Source: Zootoca vivipara (lineage: Eukaryota). Taken from it: a stretch of DNA of 64,000 nt. How positions within the stretch are numbered: position 1 is the first letter of the stretch; every line of letters begins with the position of its first letter. Below are positions 40,178 through 53,382 of this stretch, piece after piece. The translations under genes and the position numbers were made by a program. The stretch spans positions 35,154,001-35,218,000 of the forward strand of contig NC_083292.1 of NCBI RefSeq assembly GCF_963506605.1, given 5' to 3'. A model generated the notes under the pieces. The model made no database searches. It was not told the DNA's origin and worked only from the letters and a program-made list of their open reading frames with translations.

Positions 40178-40359
40178 CTGTATATTCCTGCGTATAAGAC
40201 TACTTTTTAACCCAGGAAAATCTTCTCAAAAGTTGGGGGTCGTCTTATACACTGGGTCATATTTCTTATACAGCGAGTATATCCCAAACTCTATATTTTA
40301 ACTGGAAAAGTTGAGGGTCGTCTTATACACCCAGTCGTCTTGTACGCCGGAATATACCG
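40178..40359. mobile_element. TA-flanked DNA-transposon MITE, copy 2 (opposite orientation to copy 1)
   Basis: Reverse-complement match to 35881-36067, e.g. TTTTTAACCCAGGAAAATCTTCTCAAAAGT. Confidence 0.85.
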
Positions 40360-43300
40360 TATCGCCCTGGCCATTCAAAAAGCTTTGGGAAGCCCCACAA
40401 GTCTAAACAGGCATTTTCATGCAGGAGGTCCTCTCCACCCCTATCAGGAACAGCAGGAAGTTCAATTTCCTACCCACATTTTTGGACATAGTAAGAGGGT
40501 CACACGACAGCTAGAAGCTTTTCCCAAGCCCTTGGTATAACTCTTGCCTGTATCCCTACATTTGGAATAAAGCCTGAAAAAGTTTCATAGCTTTGTGGTC
40601 CACAATGTCTTAGGGGGTTGTCAGTGTGGTGCCCATGGGTGCAATGGTGTCCTTGAGGCCCTCCCATGGTGCTGGCAAACCCTCTGAGGCTCCCCCCACT
40701 AATCACTGTCCCCTAGGTCATCAGGTAGTGTGGGTGGTTCCCTTTGTCTCCCTTAAAAAGTACACAGCTGAAAGAGGAAGTTGGATGAGTGACGTCCTTC
40801 CCCACTTCCTCTTTCACCTCTGCGTGCTTTTCAAGGCTTGGGTTAATTCTATCATATCTGACTTTTACTCAGATCTCTTGGGAAAGTGAAAGGAGGGTAT
40901 GTGCACTTTCTAGCTCTTGGAAGTGGGGGGGCACCATCCTTGGGAAGTGGGAGAGAAGGGAACAGGTTGTGTGTGGCACCCATGGCACTCGCTCAAAACA
41001 TGCAAGATGTACACATGGGCTTAAGAAGGTTGGAGATCCCAGTGAAAGCGCTGTGGCGCTCTCTGCTGTTAGAACCAGGGTGCTAGAACCGGGGGCCCAT
41101 GTTATGAGCAAGGAGGTTAAGAACAACCCCCACCTAAGGCAGAAAGAAAGGGCATAGAACAACAGATGGTGGAAAAAGCAAATTTAAGAGCGTTCTTTTA
41201 TAGGGAACAAATTGATGGGGGTGCTGTTAATGGACTGTGCTTACTATAAGGACTTTCTTCATATCTACTGATCAAATGTCTACTTTGCTAGCAGTTAGCC
41301 ATCTGGACAAAGCTGTTCGTTTTGTCCGAGTACTTAATGGGCTCTGAAATGAATGGAATTTAAATGGAGTTTAAAAATGAAAAAAAAAATTATGCACTTC
41401 CTCCCAAGGAATCTGAGGGGTAGGACATGACTTTCCCCATCCATTTTATTGTCACCATGCCCACGTGGTAGGTTTGAATTTGATCACCCTTTGCTGATGC
41501 TCTGGCACCTGCAGGCTAAATATGGGTGCCCCCACCCCACTGAAAACCAGTCAGGAGGGGTAAGAGAGGATACATGGGTGGGAGATCTCATTTCTACCCC
41601 CCCATCCCCACCCCCGTCTACACTTTTCTACTGCCTAGCAAGCTGAGCTCTATAAATGTTTTGAGGAGCTTGGAATTGCATCATATTCTATGGAAACAGG
41701 AAAGGCAGCTTGTGGGAATATTTAAGTCACTGACTGCATCTCCACACTGCAGATTGGGAAGAAGGGGCATTCAGGCACTCAAGAGGAAAAGCCATTTACA
41801 GCCTTGTCAAAAACTTTTATCAAAAGTTCTCCCTCCCCAACAATTTCTGGGGGCACAGGAGGCCCACTTTCAGAAATTTCTATTGCTTTCTGGGCCTTCC
41901 CAATCCAGCAGCAAAGCACTTCTCTGTGGTAATCCTCATAGCATCTAGAGGCATTGGCACTGAGAACAGCAACCCGATTTTGTGGATGCACTGCATAAAT
42001 TGTGCATGAGAGTAGAACAGGAAATATTTGGGGAATGGCAGAGAAACTGCATTTCATGAGGGAGGTCACAGATTCAATCCCTGGCATCTCCATGTAGGGA
42101 TGGGAGAGACCCCAGTTTGAAATCCTGGACTTGCTGCCAGTCAGTGCAGGCAGTTCTAAGCTAGATGAACCAATGGCCTGACTTCTTATGTTGTGCTTCC
42201 CTTGGAACTCCTATAACCCCTGACCATTGGCCAGGCCAGGGTTTTTCCAAAGAGGTCAATACTGGCCCCCTGGGGTTGATGGGATTGTGAGGTGGGGGAA
42301 TGAAAAACTTAAGAGCCTGAAAACAACTTAGGAGTGGGAAAGAAGTTAATGATATATAGCGCAAAAAAAGCCTCAGAATAAAGGTCATGAGCATGCACAG
42401 AGCGCACTTCCCTTGGCAATGAGGAAGCTTTGAATTTAATAAGATATTTCTTTTTAAATGTATTATGATTCCTAGTAATGGTGACCAATGATTAATAAAT
42501 GTTGATTGTATATTGTTATTTCTTGGCTTTATTTCATGCACATCCCTAAGAATTTGGGTTTGGGCTCAATGATGACTCATTAAAGGGGGTAAATGAACTC
42601 AGTAGTTTGGGAAACTATGGGTGAGGCAATGTGCTGGCTGGGACACATGGGAGTTGGTAGTCTAGCAGCAAATGGGGGTGGGTGGGAAGCACAGGTTCCC
42701 CACCCTTGGAGTAGACAACACTGATGGGTTTGACTTTGTATTAAGACAGGGTCTCCTCTCAAATCATTCTGGGATGATGAACAGTGAGGATCAGGGCCAG
42801 AAACCCTTATTGTGTCCCCGGGGACTGACAGCATCTTGAGAGGAGAATCGAAGCATGGCAGGGCTTAAAGGAGATGGCTTAAATGCTCCCCAGCACCAAT
42901 CAGGTTGGAGCCCACCCACCTACCCCCTCCAACTGCTTTAACAGCAAAAGTAAAATGGGGACATGGGGTCCAATCACAGATTGTTCAGCTGGACCAAACC
43001 AACTGGTTGCAACAAATTACCAGCAAAGATCAGTAAGGGCCCAGCCCACTGGCATTGGACCAATACCAGTCTTGACTGGTTGGCGGGAAGTGGCAGATGG
43101 GGGAGAGAAGAAGTTTTAAAATCTAGGTGTTCACCTAAATTAGGAACACAGGAAGTTGCCTCACAGGGAATCGGTCCATCTAGCACAGTATCAAGAACCT
43201 ACGAAGAGCCCTGTTGGATCAGGCCAGTGGCCCATCTAGTCTAGCATCCTGTTCCCACAGTGCCAAACAGATCCAGATGCCCCAAGGAGAAGCCTGAAAA

Positions 43301-46300
43301 AGCAGGAACTAAGTGCAATAGCACCCTTCCCTCCTATGGCTTCTAGCAAGTGGTGTTCAAAAGTATACTGGCCAAAGTGGGGAGGTGGGACATAGCCTTT
43401 GTGGATGGCAGCCATTGATAGGCATATCCTATCAATGTGTCAAATCCTCTTTTAAACTCAATTTCTGTACTGGGGGAACCAACATGATGCCTTATAGTTA
43501 CTGGACTGCAGCTCTCAGCAGCCTGACTATTGGCCATCCTAGCCAAGGCTGCTGGGACCAGGGAGTCCAACAACTTCTGAATAACACTATTATGTTAGCC
43601 ACACATCAGGGCCTTAGACACAGATCTTTCACAGCCCTATTCAAAGACGTAATCTGGGACCTTCTGCATGCAAAACAGGTACCCTGTATCACACTGGGCT
43701 ACATCCTGTTCTCTTCATGGCAGTGGCCCTACAAGTCAGGTGCTCCAAAGCCCAGTCCTAAACAACCCACATGGGGTGGAGAAAGGAATTCTAAACTTGT
43801 GGGCGCAAATCCGACAGAAGTGAAGAACTAGGTATCAGATTTGTACCGCACCAAGACATGACAATGAAGGCTCAGCAGCCATGCCCAGAGATCTTCCAAA
43901 ACCAGGTTGTTGCTGCAGCAAACTAAAGAGCTTTGCACAATGGCCCAGACTGTGTATGCATTTGTTTTTTAATATAGAACTTTTTTATTGGTTTTTCCAG
44001 TTTATACAGACAACGTTCAACTTCCCTTCCTCCCATCGGCTCCATCAGGAGGCGTCCCACAAGGGCTCCAGGCCAGGGAGCGCCGAACCAAAAAACCTCC
44101 CAGCTCAGGAACCTACCTATGTGCCCAACACAGTAATTTGGTGTACACACACACACACCTCACTGTGGCCCTGGGCTAGGGTGGGGCTCTGGCATTCCAG
44201 TAAAAAAAGGCGCCAATATCCAGCAAAGCGGCTCCTTCCTCGGGCAGTTTGAAACGCATCTGCCTTAAGGATTGAAGCTGGGAGGGTTTTATTTCCAAAT
44301 CTCCAAAGGAGGGGAGTCCTCCCCACCCACCACTTGGTACACTGAGGAAGTTGGAGCTGCAAGCAGTACCCCCACCCCACCCCAAAACGCACAAAAAATT
44401 AGACTTGGTTTCCTCCAATCAGCTGCGCATGATGCTTAATAACCATTGTCCTCGCTAAGTGGTTGCTTGTTACAACCATGCGTCCTCTCCTCCCTCCTGT
44501 AATCCCAGATGAGGGGCTGGACCCCTTCCCCACCCACTTTCTGTGCTCGACAAAACCTTCCCCTTAACCCAGCTGGGCGGGATGGGGGAGAAAGCGGAAT
44601 TGTGTCCCCCCCCCCAAAAAACTGGTGATGACCGTCAGGTGGAGGCGATCAATAAGGCGGCCAGACGCCGACGCCTCCACCCCGCCCCCACAGTAGATTC
44701 CACCATCTCCGGTCAAAGCTTCCGAAGCATTAACCCTCCACTCTGGCAGAAGAACAAGAAAGCAGCACACTCCCAAATAAAATGTCCTCTCCGAGGAGAA
44801 GGAGGCGGGGGGGGGGGGGGGGAGAGAGAAGGAGTCCTACGCATCACCCGCTGTCCCCACAGGGCTCTTCAGACAGTGCCGGCATGTGCCTCTCCAGTTA
44901 GGAAACATCCTTAGGGCATACCTCTGCCCCACTGGCTAGGAAGGATGCGTCCAGGGTGTGTGTGAGAGAGAAGTCGCTCCCTCCCCATCATCATTATTAT
45001 TTTAATGTGAAGGATGCAAGTAGCCTGCTCTTACCACCCACAGGGGAGGCAGTGGCGGCACCAGCAGCAGCTAAGTGGGTGGAGAAAGCAGATTCACTCT
45101 AGCCTCTGTGAAGAAAAGGCATGAGGGGGGTGCCAATGCTTCCCCTCCCCCCAATTCTTAAATCTATGATAAAGCGGGGGGGGGGGAGAGAGAGGCTAAG
45201 ATACTCACGCAGTCCAGATTTGGGAGGGAAGACAACCCTAGGTTGTTGGGGTTTTTTTTGGTTTTTTAAAATGATCCCACCCCAGCCCCCATTTCTCAGC
45301 TGCCTCCACTTCAAACCCTTCACCAGGATTATGTGATGACGAGACAGACGATAAACTCCCCTCACCACACACCCCAAGCTCTTGTGGAGAGGCTTGCCTT
45401 TCTCCAAGTGCCCCTGCCTGCCTGGAGATGAAAAAGCAGTGAAGGGGGGGGGCACGAGAGTGGATTTGCTTTCTCTGGCTCACCCCCCCCCCATATCAAA
45501 TCCAAAGCAGGGTTCAGGGTTTCCAGCATCCCACCCCACAGGTGGAAAGGAACAACAGACAAGCCCCACATCTTCTCCTGAGAGGATGGCTGCAATTTGT
45601 AAAGCAGGTACCCCAACTCCACACACAGACACTGCCACCCTCTTGACTCGGTGCCATATTAGCTGTGTGCCCCCCATCATTAAAACAAGCTCCTTGCAAT
45701 CGTTGCATTGTCTACCGATCCAAGACATGCCAATTTAATACTCAGCCAGCGACACCCGAAAACCTCAATCCGCTCCCATCAGGAAAACTAGCAGTTAAGG
45801 CCTGGTGTACACCCCCATTTTATCTTCTGTCCCTGCCAGTGCTGTCACCCCTTAGCAGGAGATACCGTTCAGGGCTTTTCTGCTAGGCCGGGCTTATCAT
45901 TTTCTCTCCCCCATCCTCAAGTAACACCACAGAAAAACTCCCTGAAGACTCACCTTCCCTAAGAGGAACTCCTTTACAGCTTTTTCTCCCCATCAGTATT
46001 TAATCTCTGCCATTTCTTCCATTCAGTCCAAAAAGATCTTCCAAAGATTCTCCATCACCACCCCCAGTTTCTGCTGTACCACCCCCAAAAATTCAGGCTA
46101 AAATAAACCCCACTTCAGGCTTCATTCGTTAAAGTTGTCCTCTGTAACTTTATTGTTGAAAACTTACTCCCATCCCAGAAAAAAGAGCACCACTCTCAAC
46201 CAAATGCCCCCATCTCCCAAGAACCCCCGCAAAAATAAAAGGGACAGCTCCACTGCAGCCAAAACCCTCTCACAGCAGCACCCCCACATTTCAGAATAGA

Positions 46301-47878
46301 TACATCCCCACAGGCATCTCCTTCTGTATCAATGACTGTGGATGACAGGCTTCTGTGAAATGAGATCCTGACCCTCCATCTAACCCACATAAAACCCCAG
46401 ATGGTTATCCACGAGAATGGCATCTCCCTGCCCTTAGACAACCCACTACTGAGCCCCAATATTCAAGACAGAACACCTCACAAAAGAGCCCTCAACTGGA
46501 TCCACAACATCACAATCACCCCACAACAGACAAGCGTTCATAATCCACCCCACCTTTCTTTCGCTTTGGAACTCCCAATATTCAGGATGGCAGGGGAAGG
46601 ATGCACACCCCCTTCCTGTAACCCATACATACCCCTGTCACTAGAAAGGTACAGTACCTCCATGGCTTGCATCAGCTGTGCCCCACAGACACCTCCCCCC
46701 CCCACTTTCTAGCCTTCAATATTCAGGACAGCTCCTAACAAGTGCTCTCAAAAGGAGTGCCTCCCCAAATCCTTTAGGACCTATTCACTACCTAGCTTAA
46801 TATTCACAAGATAGTAACGTAATGTAAATGCCTTACAAGAAATGAGTGTCCGTAAATCTCTTCCTGAACCCCGATATGAAGAACGGCACTCCCTAAAAAA
46901 AAGGCTTCACCCCCGCCCACCACAATCCCGAGGGTGTTAGGATGGCACCTTGCCCTCTCTGTTGCAGTAAGAGAGCCCCAGACACTCCCCTCTTCTGAAC
47001 CCCAAAAGCCAGGACACATGACACCAGACAGATCGATGGAAGGCACCTCCGCACCCATCCTCCAGCTTCATAAGTCACATGGATGGCACCCCCATATAGA
47101 CAGATCCCCGATTTCCATGATAGTGCCTGCTTAAAAATAACACCTTACCCCATCCCTCATTGGGCTCACACACATCCTGGCCCAAAAGCCACCGTGACGG
47201 CATCTCACCTCACTGCAACAGGAAAGCTCCAGTTACCCCTTCTTCTGAACCTCAATATCGAGGATGGCTCCTCCAAACACCCCCCAGCACACAATTCGTA
47301 TTTCAGCAGAAGGACCTTTTGAAAGGCATCCCCCAAACCACACGGCCGACCCCAGACTGAACCCCAAAATTTAAAATGACATCCCCCCCAACACAGCAGC
47401 TCCTGTTTGGCAACAGGCGACCCCCCAAAAAACCCAGACTGCTTTCTTCTGAACCCTAAAATCCAATGAAGGCCCTAGAGGCACCCCTTGAAAAGGACAG
47501 CCTCCCCACCAGTCACGTGGGTGGCGCCCCCAATATCACGCCACGCAGACACCCACCCACCCCCCGCACCCTTAAGCTGCAAAATTCAAGATGGCACCCC
47601 TCCCCTCCCCCCTCCAAAATTGAAGGTCTTTCTCACTGCACCCCCACCCCCCCACAAGCCCAAAGGCCACGGGGTGGCCCCCCCACACCCCAGTGCGGCA
47701 GACAAAACCTCTCACCCCGCTGGAACCCTAATATTCCAACTGACCCCCCCAAAAAAACACTCTGGTTCACAACCCCGCTCATTTGAAGGCCCCCCCGCTG
47801 GGGGACCCCCATAGGGCACTGCCCCTGTCAGTCACCACCTCAGCCCCGCCCCCTTTATTCTTCCCCCCCCCCCCTCAC

Positions 47879-48045
47879 CTGACGGGGTGTTCGCGTGTGG
47901 AGTTCGAGGCCCCTCAGGCCGAGCGGAGGGCGGCGCGGGGAGCCGGGAGGGGAAGGGGCGGGCTGGCGGCGGACAGCAGACGCGGCGCCACCGACACCAC
48001 TACCAGCAGCCGCCGCCGGAGCCGGCACCCACCACAAACAATGCT
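47879..48045 (-). other. GATAD2B: GATAD2B non-coding exon 1 (5' UTR); TSS approximate
   Basis: GC-rich, ATG-free segment inside the CpG island, ending in a consensus donor CAG|GTGAG at 47879/47878 and lying just downstream (minus strand) of the CCAAT array. Confidence 0.8.
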
Positions 48046-48430
48046 TCTGATTGGGCAGCGGGCCCCGCCGGGCACGGCCCGCCTCCCAAAGGCCAGCTAC
48101 GACGCCCATTGGGTGGCGCGGTTTGAGCGACGATCGCTCAGGCCAATGGTCCGGCGAGGCGGATGCGGGGTTTCCCGCCTGGCGGCGCCCATTGGCTCCG
48201 CCGGACGGGTGAGTGGCGTCGCGTGAGGCCAACGAGCGGCGGCGGAGTTCCCCGCGGGGCGCCTTTTTAATGGGTCCCCTTTTTAGCCGCCACATCCGGG
48301 TAACCGGCTGCCTCATGGATGGATGTGTCGGCGGGCAAAAAAATAAAGGGGCGGGGGCGGTGGAGGAGGAAGGAGACCTGATTGGCCTCCCTCCTCTTCC
48401 CTCAGGGCATTTTGGCCCCTATTGGCCACC
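47880..48430 (-). promoter_or_regulatory. CpG-island promoter of GATAD2B
   Basis: Densest non-transposon CpG cluster in the window. CCAAT/ATTGG at 48050, 48108, 48143, 48191, 48381 and 48421; TTTCCCGC at 48171; GC boxes (GGGGCGG) near 47955 and 48347; no TATA seen. Confidence 0.88.
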
Positions 48431-49630
48431 CTCGCCTTTGTTGCCCTCCTTATATTTGGCATTGAAAATGAATTAGAATAAAATAATAAGCCGAGAAAGA
48501 GGGAAAGAAGTACAGAAGTCTTTGGGCTTCTGGCCTGCACTAGGCCTCAAGCCACCCTTGAATGAGTCAGGTTGGAGGCAGGAGTGGCTCTTTCCAAAAT
48601 TGCCAAACAGTCACATTATAATGAATAAAGGTGTTTATATTGCTAGTCTTGTGTGTGGAATGGCCCCAGAGTTAAAAACAAAAAACAAAACACCTTTCAG
48701 TTGGCCGTTTTAAGGCAAATACTTACGGGACTACAACTCCCATCACCCCTGACCATTGGCTATGCTGGTTGAGAGCTGATGGGAATTGGAGTCCAGCAAC
48801 AACCAGAGGGCCATAGCTTTCCCCCTTGGTTGCGTTTTTCCTTTGTTCATTGTCACATTTATATCCCGTTTTTCCTTTAAAGATCTCAAGACAGCCCAAT
48901 GAGGCTGTTTCCCTGTTATCATCACAAGAACCCTGCGAGGTAGGCTAGGCTGGAAGAAACAGCAGGGACTTTCCCAAGGTCACCCAATTCACAGCATGCA
49001 TTTAAACACGCTATGAGAAGTGATCAACTCCCGCCCGGAAATCTATTTCCCCACCGTGGAAAGACGTGTGGATCCAGAATTAGCCTCTGCGGTCATTTAT
49101 GGACACACAGTTAAGACCTTGTTCATGGAAGACAATCATACTTGGGTATGAGTGATGCCAAAGAAAGAAGACACCACTACGGTATGAACTTCCCCCGAGG
49201 AATTCTGGGAAGTGTAGTTTGTTAAGAGTTTGTTAAGAGTGCTAAGGGTTGTTAGGAGATCCCGTCCCCCTCCCCAAGTAGCAATTCCCAGAATGCCCTG
49301 GGTAGAGCGATTGAAACCACTATGCGAATTGTAGCTCTGATCCTCCTAGCAGCTCCCATCATTCCTTGAGGGAAGCACGCTCTCTTGACTAAATTGTAAT
49401 AAATATATTATTAAGGAAGGCAAAAACCAAAACATTTTAAGTAAACAGGTTCAGGTAGACTTCATCCTGCACTTACGTTTCATGCAGATAACACATTACA
49501 CACACATGTTGCAAACTTGTGCACACACAACAAATGCATATCCAAAAATATTTTATTGTGTACAGTATTAGTCAATCTTCAAACAGCCCTGGAAACACAT
49601 AGTCTCTGGCTCCTGAAAGAATCCACTCCC

Positions 49631-50082
49631 TATCTGACAAAATATGGTTCCAATAACAACGCTTGGTTGTGCTTACACTAACTTCGCAGACATAAGGGAA
49701 TTTTTATATTGAATAATGGAACACAGATTACCTAAATGTAAGAGAAATACGTAAACCGCAAAGAGATAAGAGGGAAGTCAAATATACGGGACTCAAACCA
49801 GCTTAGTGTGATGGTAAAGGAAAATAGAAAAGATGGAATATGATGGTAATGTCTTTTAAGGAATTTTGTGTATAGAATATCCAAATTATGGTTTGTGCTC
49901 CTTAAATAATTTTGTGTATTCAATAAATATCATTTTCTTTTCTTGTTGATTTGTTTATTTTCATACTATCTTTTATGTATCATTTTCTTTTCTTTTTTTG
50001 TACAAGTGGGTGTATGGATTAATTTATTTTCATCTTGTAAATTTTAAGAAATGCAATAAAGATTATTAAAAATAAAATAAAA
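49631..50082 (+). mobile_element. 5'-truncated L1-like retroposed 3' end
   Basis: AT-rich insert with AATAAA at 50055, an A-rich tail and an 11-bp TSD AATCCACTCCC (49620-49630 and 50083-50093). Confidence 0.75.
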
Positions 50083-50214
50083 AATCCACTCCCCGCCCCC
50101 TAACCAACTGCCACAGCCACCTTGGGACTTGTGTTTATTATAGTTTTAATTGAGGCACATTGTTCCAGGTTATGTAAACTGCTGTGTGATGTGAAATAGA
50201 GATACGCAATAGAA

Positions 50215-50470
50215 GAGGGGTCAGCAAACTTTTTCAGCAGGGGGCAGGTCCACTGTCCCTCAGACCTTGTGGGGGCCTGGACTATATTTTTTGGGGGGGA
50301 AATGAATGAATTCCTATGCCCCACAAATAACTCAGATATGCATTTTAAATAAAAGGACCCATTTTACTTATGTACAGTAAAAGCACACTGATTCCCGGAC
50401 CGTCTGCGGGTCGGATTTAGAAGGCTGTTGGGCTGGATCCAGCCCCTGCACCTTAGTTTGCCAATCCATG
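50215..50470. mobile_element. hAT MITE
   Basis: GAGGGGTCAGCAAACT ... AGTTTGCCAATCCATG, flanks CAATAGAA / CAATAGAT. Confidence 0.8.
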
Positions 50471-50809
50471 CAATAGATTACAACCAAAGAAGCCAGGAAT
50501 CTGTAAGGGCCTTCAGAAGTTTTTGAACTCCAACTCCCATCAGCCCCAACCAGCAGGACCAATGGCCAGGGGATGATGGGAGCTGGAGTCCTGCAAAACC
50601 TGGAGGGCCGCCGATTTCTAGACACATGTCCCATCGAAATCAATGGGCATAAATAACTGAAGTATGACTTAATATTGGGTATCACCCATAATTCATAAAC
50701 AAGATAGCCCAAGGAAGGTTTTTTTTGGGGGGGGGGGTATTTTGGAATAGTATTCAAGTATGTTTTACGCAAAGCTGACCTGTTAAAACTAGCGCAAATA
50801 ACTTGCTAA

Positions 50810-51380
50810 AGTTAGCTCAGTTGGTTAGAGCATGGTGCTGATAACACCAGGGTCATGGGGTTGATCCCCATATGGGTGTATACTCCTGCATTGCTAGGGG
50901 TTGGACTCAGTGGTGGCCAACTCCCAAGAGATAGCGATCTACTCACAGAATTAAAAACTGGCAGTGATCTACCCCCCTTTTTGGGGTTCAGGTGAAAGTT
51001 GTTGAGCTTTCTTTTTTTAAGAAGGAAAGCCCCGTTTTTTAAAAAGTTGCTTAGCTTTTTTTAGGGAGGAGGAAACCCCTGTTTTTTTAGTGGGTTCAGG
51101 ACAAATTTGTTGTCCATTTTTAAGGGAAAAGGGGAACAGCCACACACCAACAGATCACTGGGGAAACAAACAGCCTCACTGATCGTCCAACAATGGAGGG
51201 CGGCATGAGGGGGCGGGGCCAGATTATATTTGACCAATGATAAGGAAAGGGATCCAGCGATCAACCGTGATCTACCAAATCCTCCCGGGGATCTACTAGT
51301 AGATCGTGATCAACCTGTTGGACATCCCTGGACTAGATGATCCCTGGGATCTCATCCAACTCTATGATTCTATCATTCTA
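50810..51380 (+). mobile_element. tRNA-headed, CR1-tailed SINE split by a hAT element (50908-51330)
   Basis: Head TAGCTCAGTTGGTTAGAGC...TTGATCCCC. The tail GGGTTGGACT is interrupted and resumes as GACTAGATGATC...CCAACTCTATGATTCTAT. The insert ends are CAGTGGTGGCCAAC / GTTGGACATCCCTG. Confidence 0.8.
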
Positions 51381-52044
51381 AGTTAGGTCCATTAATTTCA
51401 ATGGGTCTATGCTGAGTAAAACTAAGCTGAATATCACCCAGTGTTGGTTTTTTTTAAATAAAAAAAATAAGTGATTAGTCATGAACTTCGACTAATGTAG
51501 GGATTAGGGGACCCGTGGCTCTAATATTCAAATTGCAAGGGTGGCTTGCAATTTTAAAATTCAGTATCAATGTCTTTGGATGGGTGTGCAAGAACACGAC
51601 TATTTTAAATTTGGCTATTTTGTCTAGAAGACACTTACCATACTTGCTTGATTGGGGTGGGATTCGGTGACCGTTTTGTTGAATTATTTTTCCGTATGAT
51701 TGTGAGTTTTCAAAACAACAACAAAAAAGCCAACCATGAAGAGTTAATAAATCTGAACATAAAAGTGATTTAAAACATTTAAAAGAAATTACAGCCACAG
51801 GAACAGGGTGGGTCCTGAAAACACGCACCTCAGGTGTAAAGAGGTGCGTCTTCTGCATTCCTCCAAAACCTGTGCAGAGAAGGTGCCAGGTGCCCCTCTG
51901 TGGGGAAGGAATCCCATTGACCACCTGAGTTTTTGAGGACAGAGGAACCACCAAGGGGGTCTCCCACAGCTGATCTCAATACAGTACCTGGAAGGTCTGT
52001 TAGGATGGTGTTTTTACTATGACCAACCAGATGCCTCTGGGAAG

Positions 52045-52772
52045 ATGACTGGGAGTGGCTGCCGAGACCATATAACACCGGTCCTGAAAGGCCTACATTG
52101 GCTCCCAGTGCGTTTCCGAGCACAATTCAGAGTGTTGGTGCTGACCTTTGAAGTCCTTCAACAGGCCTGTATACCTGAAGGAACGTCTCCACCCTCATCA
52201 TTCAGCCCAGACACTGAGGTCCAGTGCCGAGGGTCTTCTGGCAGTTCCTTCACCGTGAGAAGTGAACTTACAGGCAACCAGGCAGAGGGCCTTCTCGGTA
52301 GTGGCACCCGCTCAGTGGAATGCCCTCCCACCAGATGTCAAGGAAATAAACAACTACAGTCATACCTCCGTTTACAACCACAATTGGTTCCTGGGAGCTG
52401 GTCACTCCCCGAGTCCGTCACTCCCCGAGGCACGCTTCTGCGCACATGCACGCTGCGCAGATCGCTTCTGCACATGTGCGAGCTGCGCAGATCGCTTCTG
52501 CACATCCGAGCGCCTCGGAACCCGGATGTAAACACTTCCGGGTCCGCAGTGGTCGGAAACCGAAGCGGTCGCAAACGGAGGTGGTCGCAAATTGAGGTTT
52601 GACTGTACCTGATTTTTTTAGAAGACATCTGAAGGCAGCCCTTTTTAAGGAAAGTTTCTAATGTCTGATGTTTTATTGTATTTTTAATATTTTGTTGGAA
52701 GCTGCCCAGAGTGGCTGGGGAAACCCATCCAGATGGGCGGGGTATAAATAATGAATTATTATTATTATTATT
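52045..52772 (+). mobile_element. L2-clade LINE 3' end, interrupted by a MITE
   Basis: Encodes DHITPVLKGLHWLPVRFRAQFRVLVLTF, then AFSVVAPAQWNALP, and RRHLKAALF after the insert; (ATT)n tail. Confidence 0.88.
52357..52605. mobile_element. Tc1/mariner MITE nested in L2
   Basis: TA|CAGTCATACCTC ... GAGGTTTGACTG|TA, with internal approximately 30-bp tandem units. Confidence 0.88.
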
Positions 52773-53005
52773 AGCCTACAAGCAGGATCTGAGTGTAAGA
52801 GCATTCTCCTCACTTGTGACTCCCAGCAAGTGGTATTTAGAAGCAGTGCTGCCCCTGCCGGTGGAGGCAGAGCATGGCCACCATGGCTAGTTGTCATTTG
52901 TGGTTTTGCCTAGGCCTAGGACATCCCTATTTTCATCAGAGAAATGTTGGGGGTTATGGAGTTATGCGACCCTAGAGCCAAGGAGATAGGTAACTATACA
53001 ACCTT

Positions 53006-53382
53006 GATGCTTTTGAATTATGGTGCTGGAGGAGACTCTTGAGAGTCCCATGGACTGCAAGAAGATCAAACCTATCCATTCTTAAGGAACTCAGCCCTGA
53101 GTGCTCATTGGAAGGACAGATTGTGAAGCTGAGGCTCCAATACTTTGTCCACCTCATGAGAAGAGAAGAATCCTTGGGAAAGACCCTGATGTTGGGAAAG
53201 ATGGAGGGCACTAGGAGAAGGGGACGACAGAGGACGAGATGGTTGGACACAGTGTTCTCGAAGCTACCAACATGAGTTTGCCCAAACTGCGGGAGGCAGT
53301 GGAAGACAGGAGTGCCTGGCGTGCTCTGGTTCATGGGGTCACGAAGAGTCGGACACGACTAAACGACTAAACAACAACAACC
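53006..53382 (+). mobile_element. 5'-truncated Bov-B LINE inserted in a second L2 tail
   Basis: Encodes RVPWTARRSNLSILKELSPECSLEGQIVKLRLQYF...GRQRTRWLD; (CAA)n tail; TSD ACAACCTT at 52998-53005 and 53383-53390. Confidence 0.93.

Noticed and set aside
48114-48128. CDE/CHR cell-cycle element
   Set aside because: GGCGCGGTTTGAG lacks the TTTGAA consensus and the canonical spacing.
50810-50880. tRNA gene
   Set aside because: Decayed B-box and acceptor stem, continuing into a CR1-like tail; it is a SINE head.
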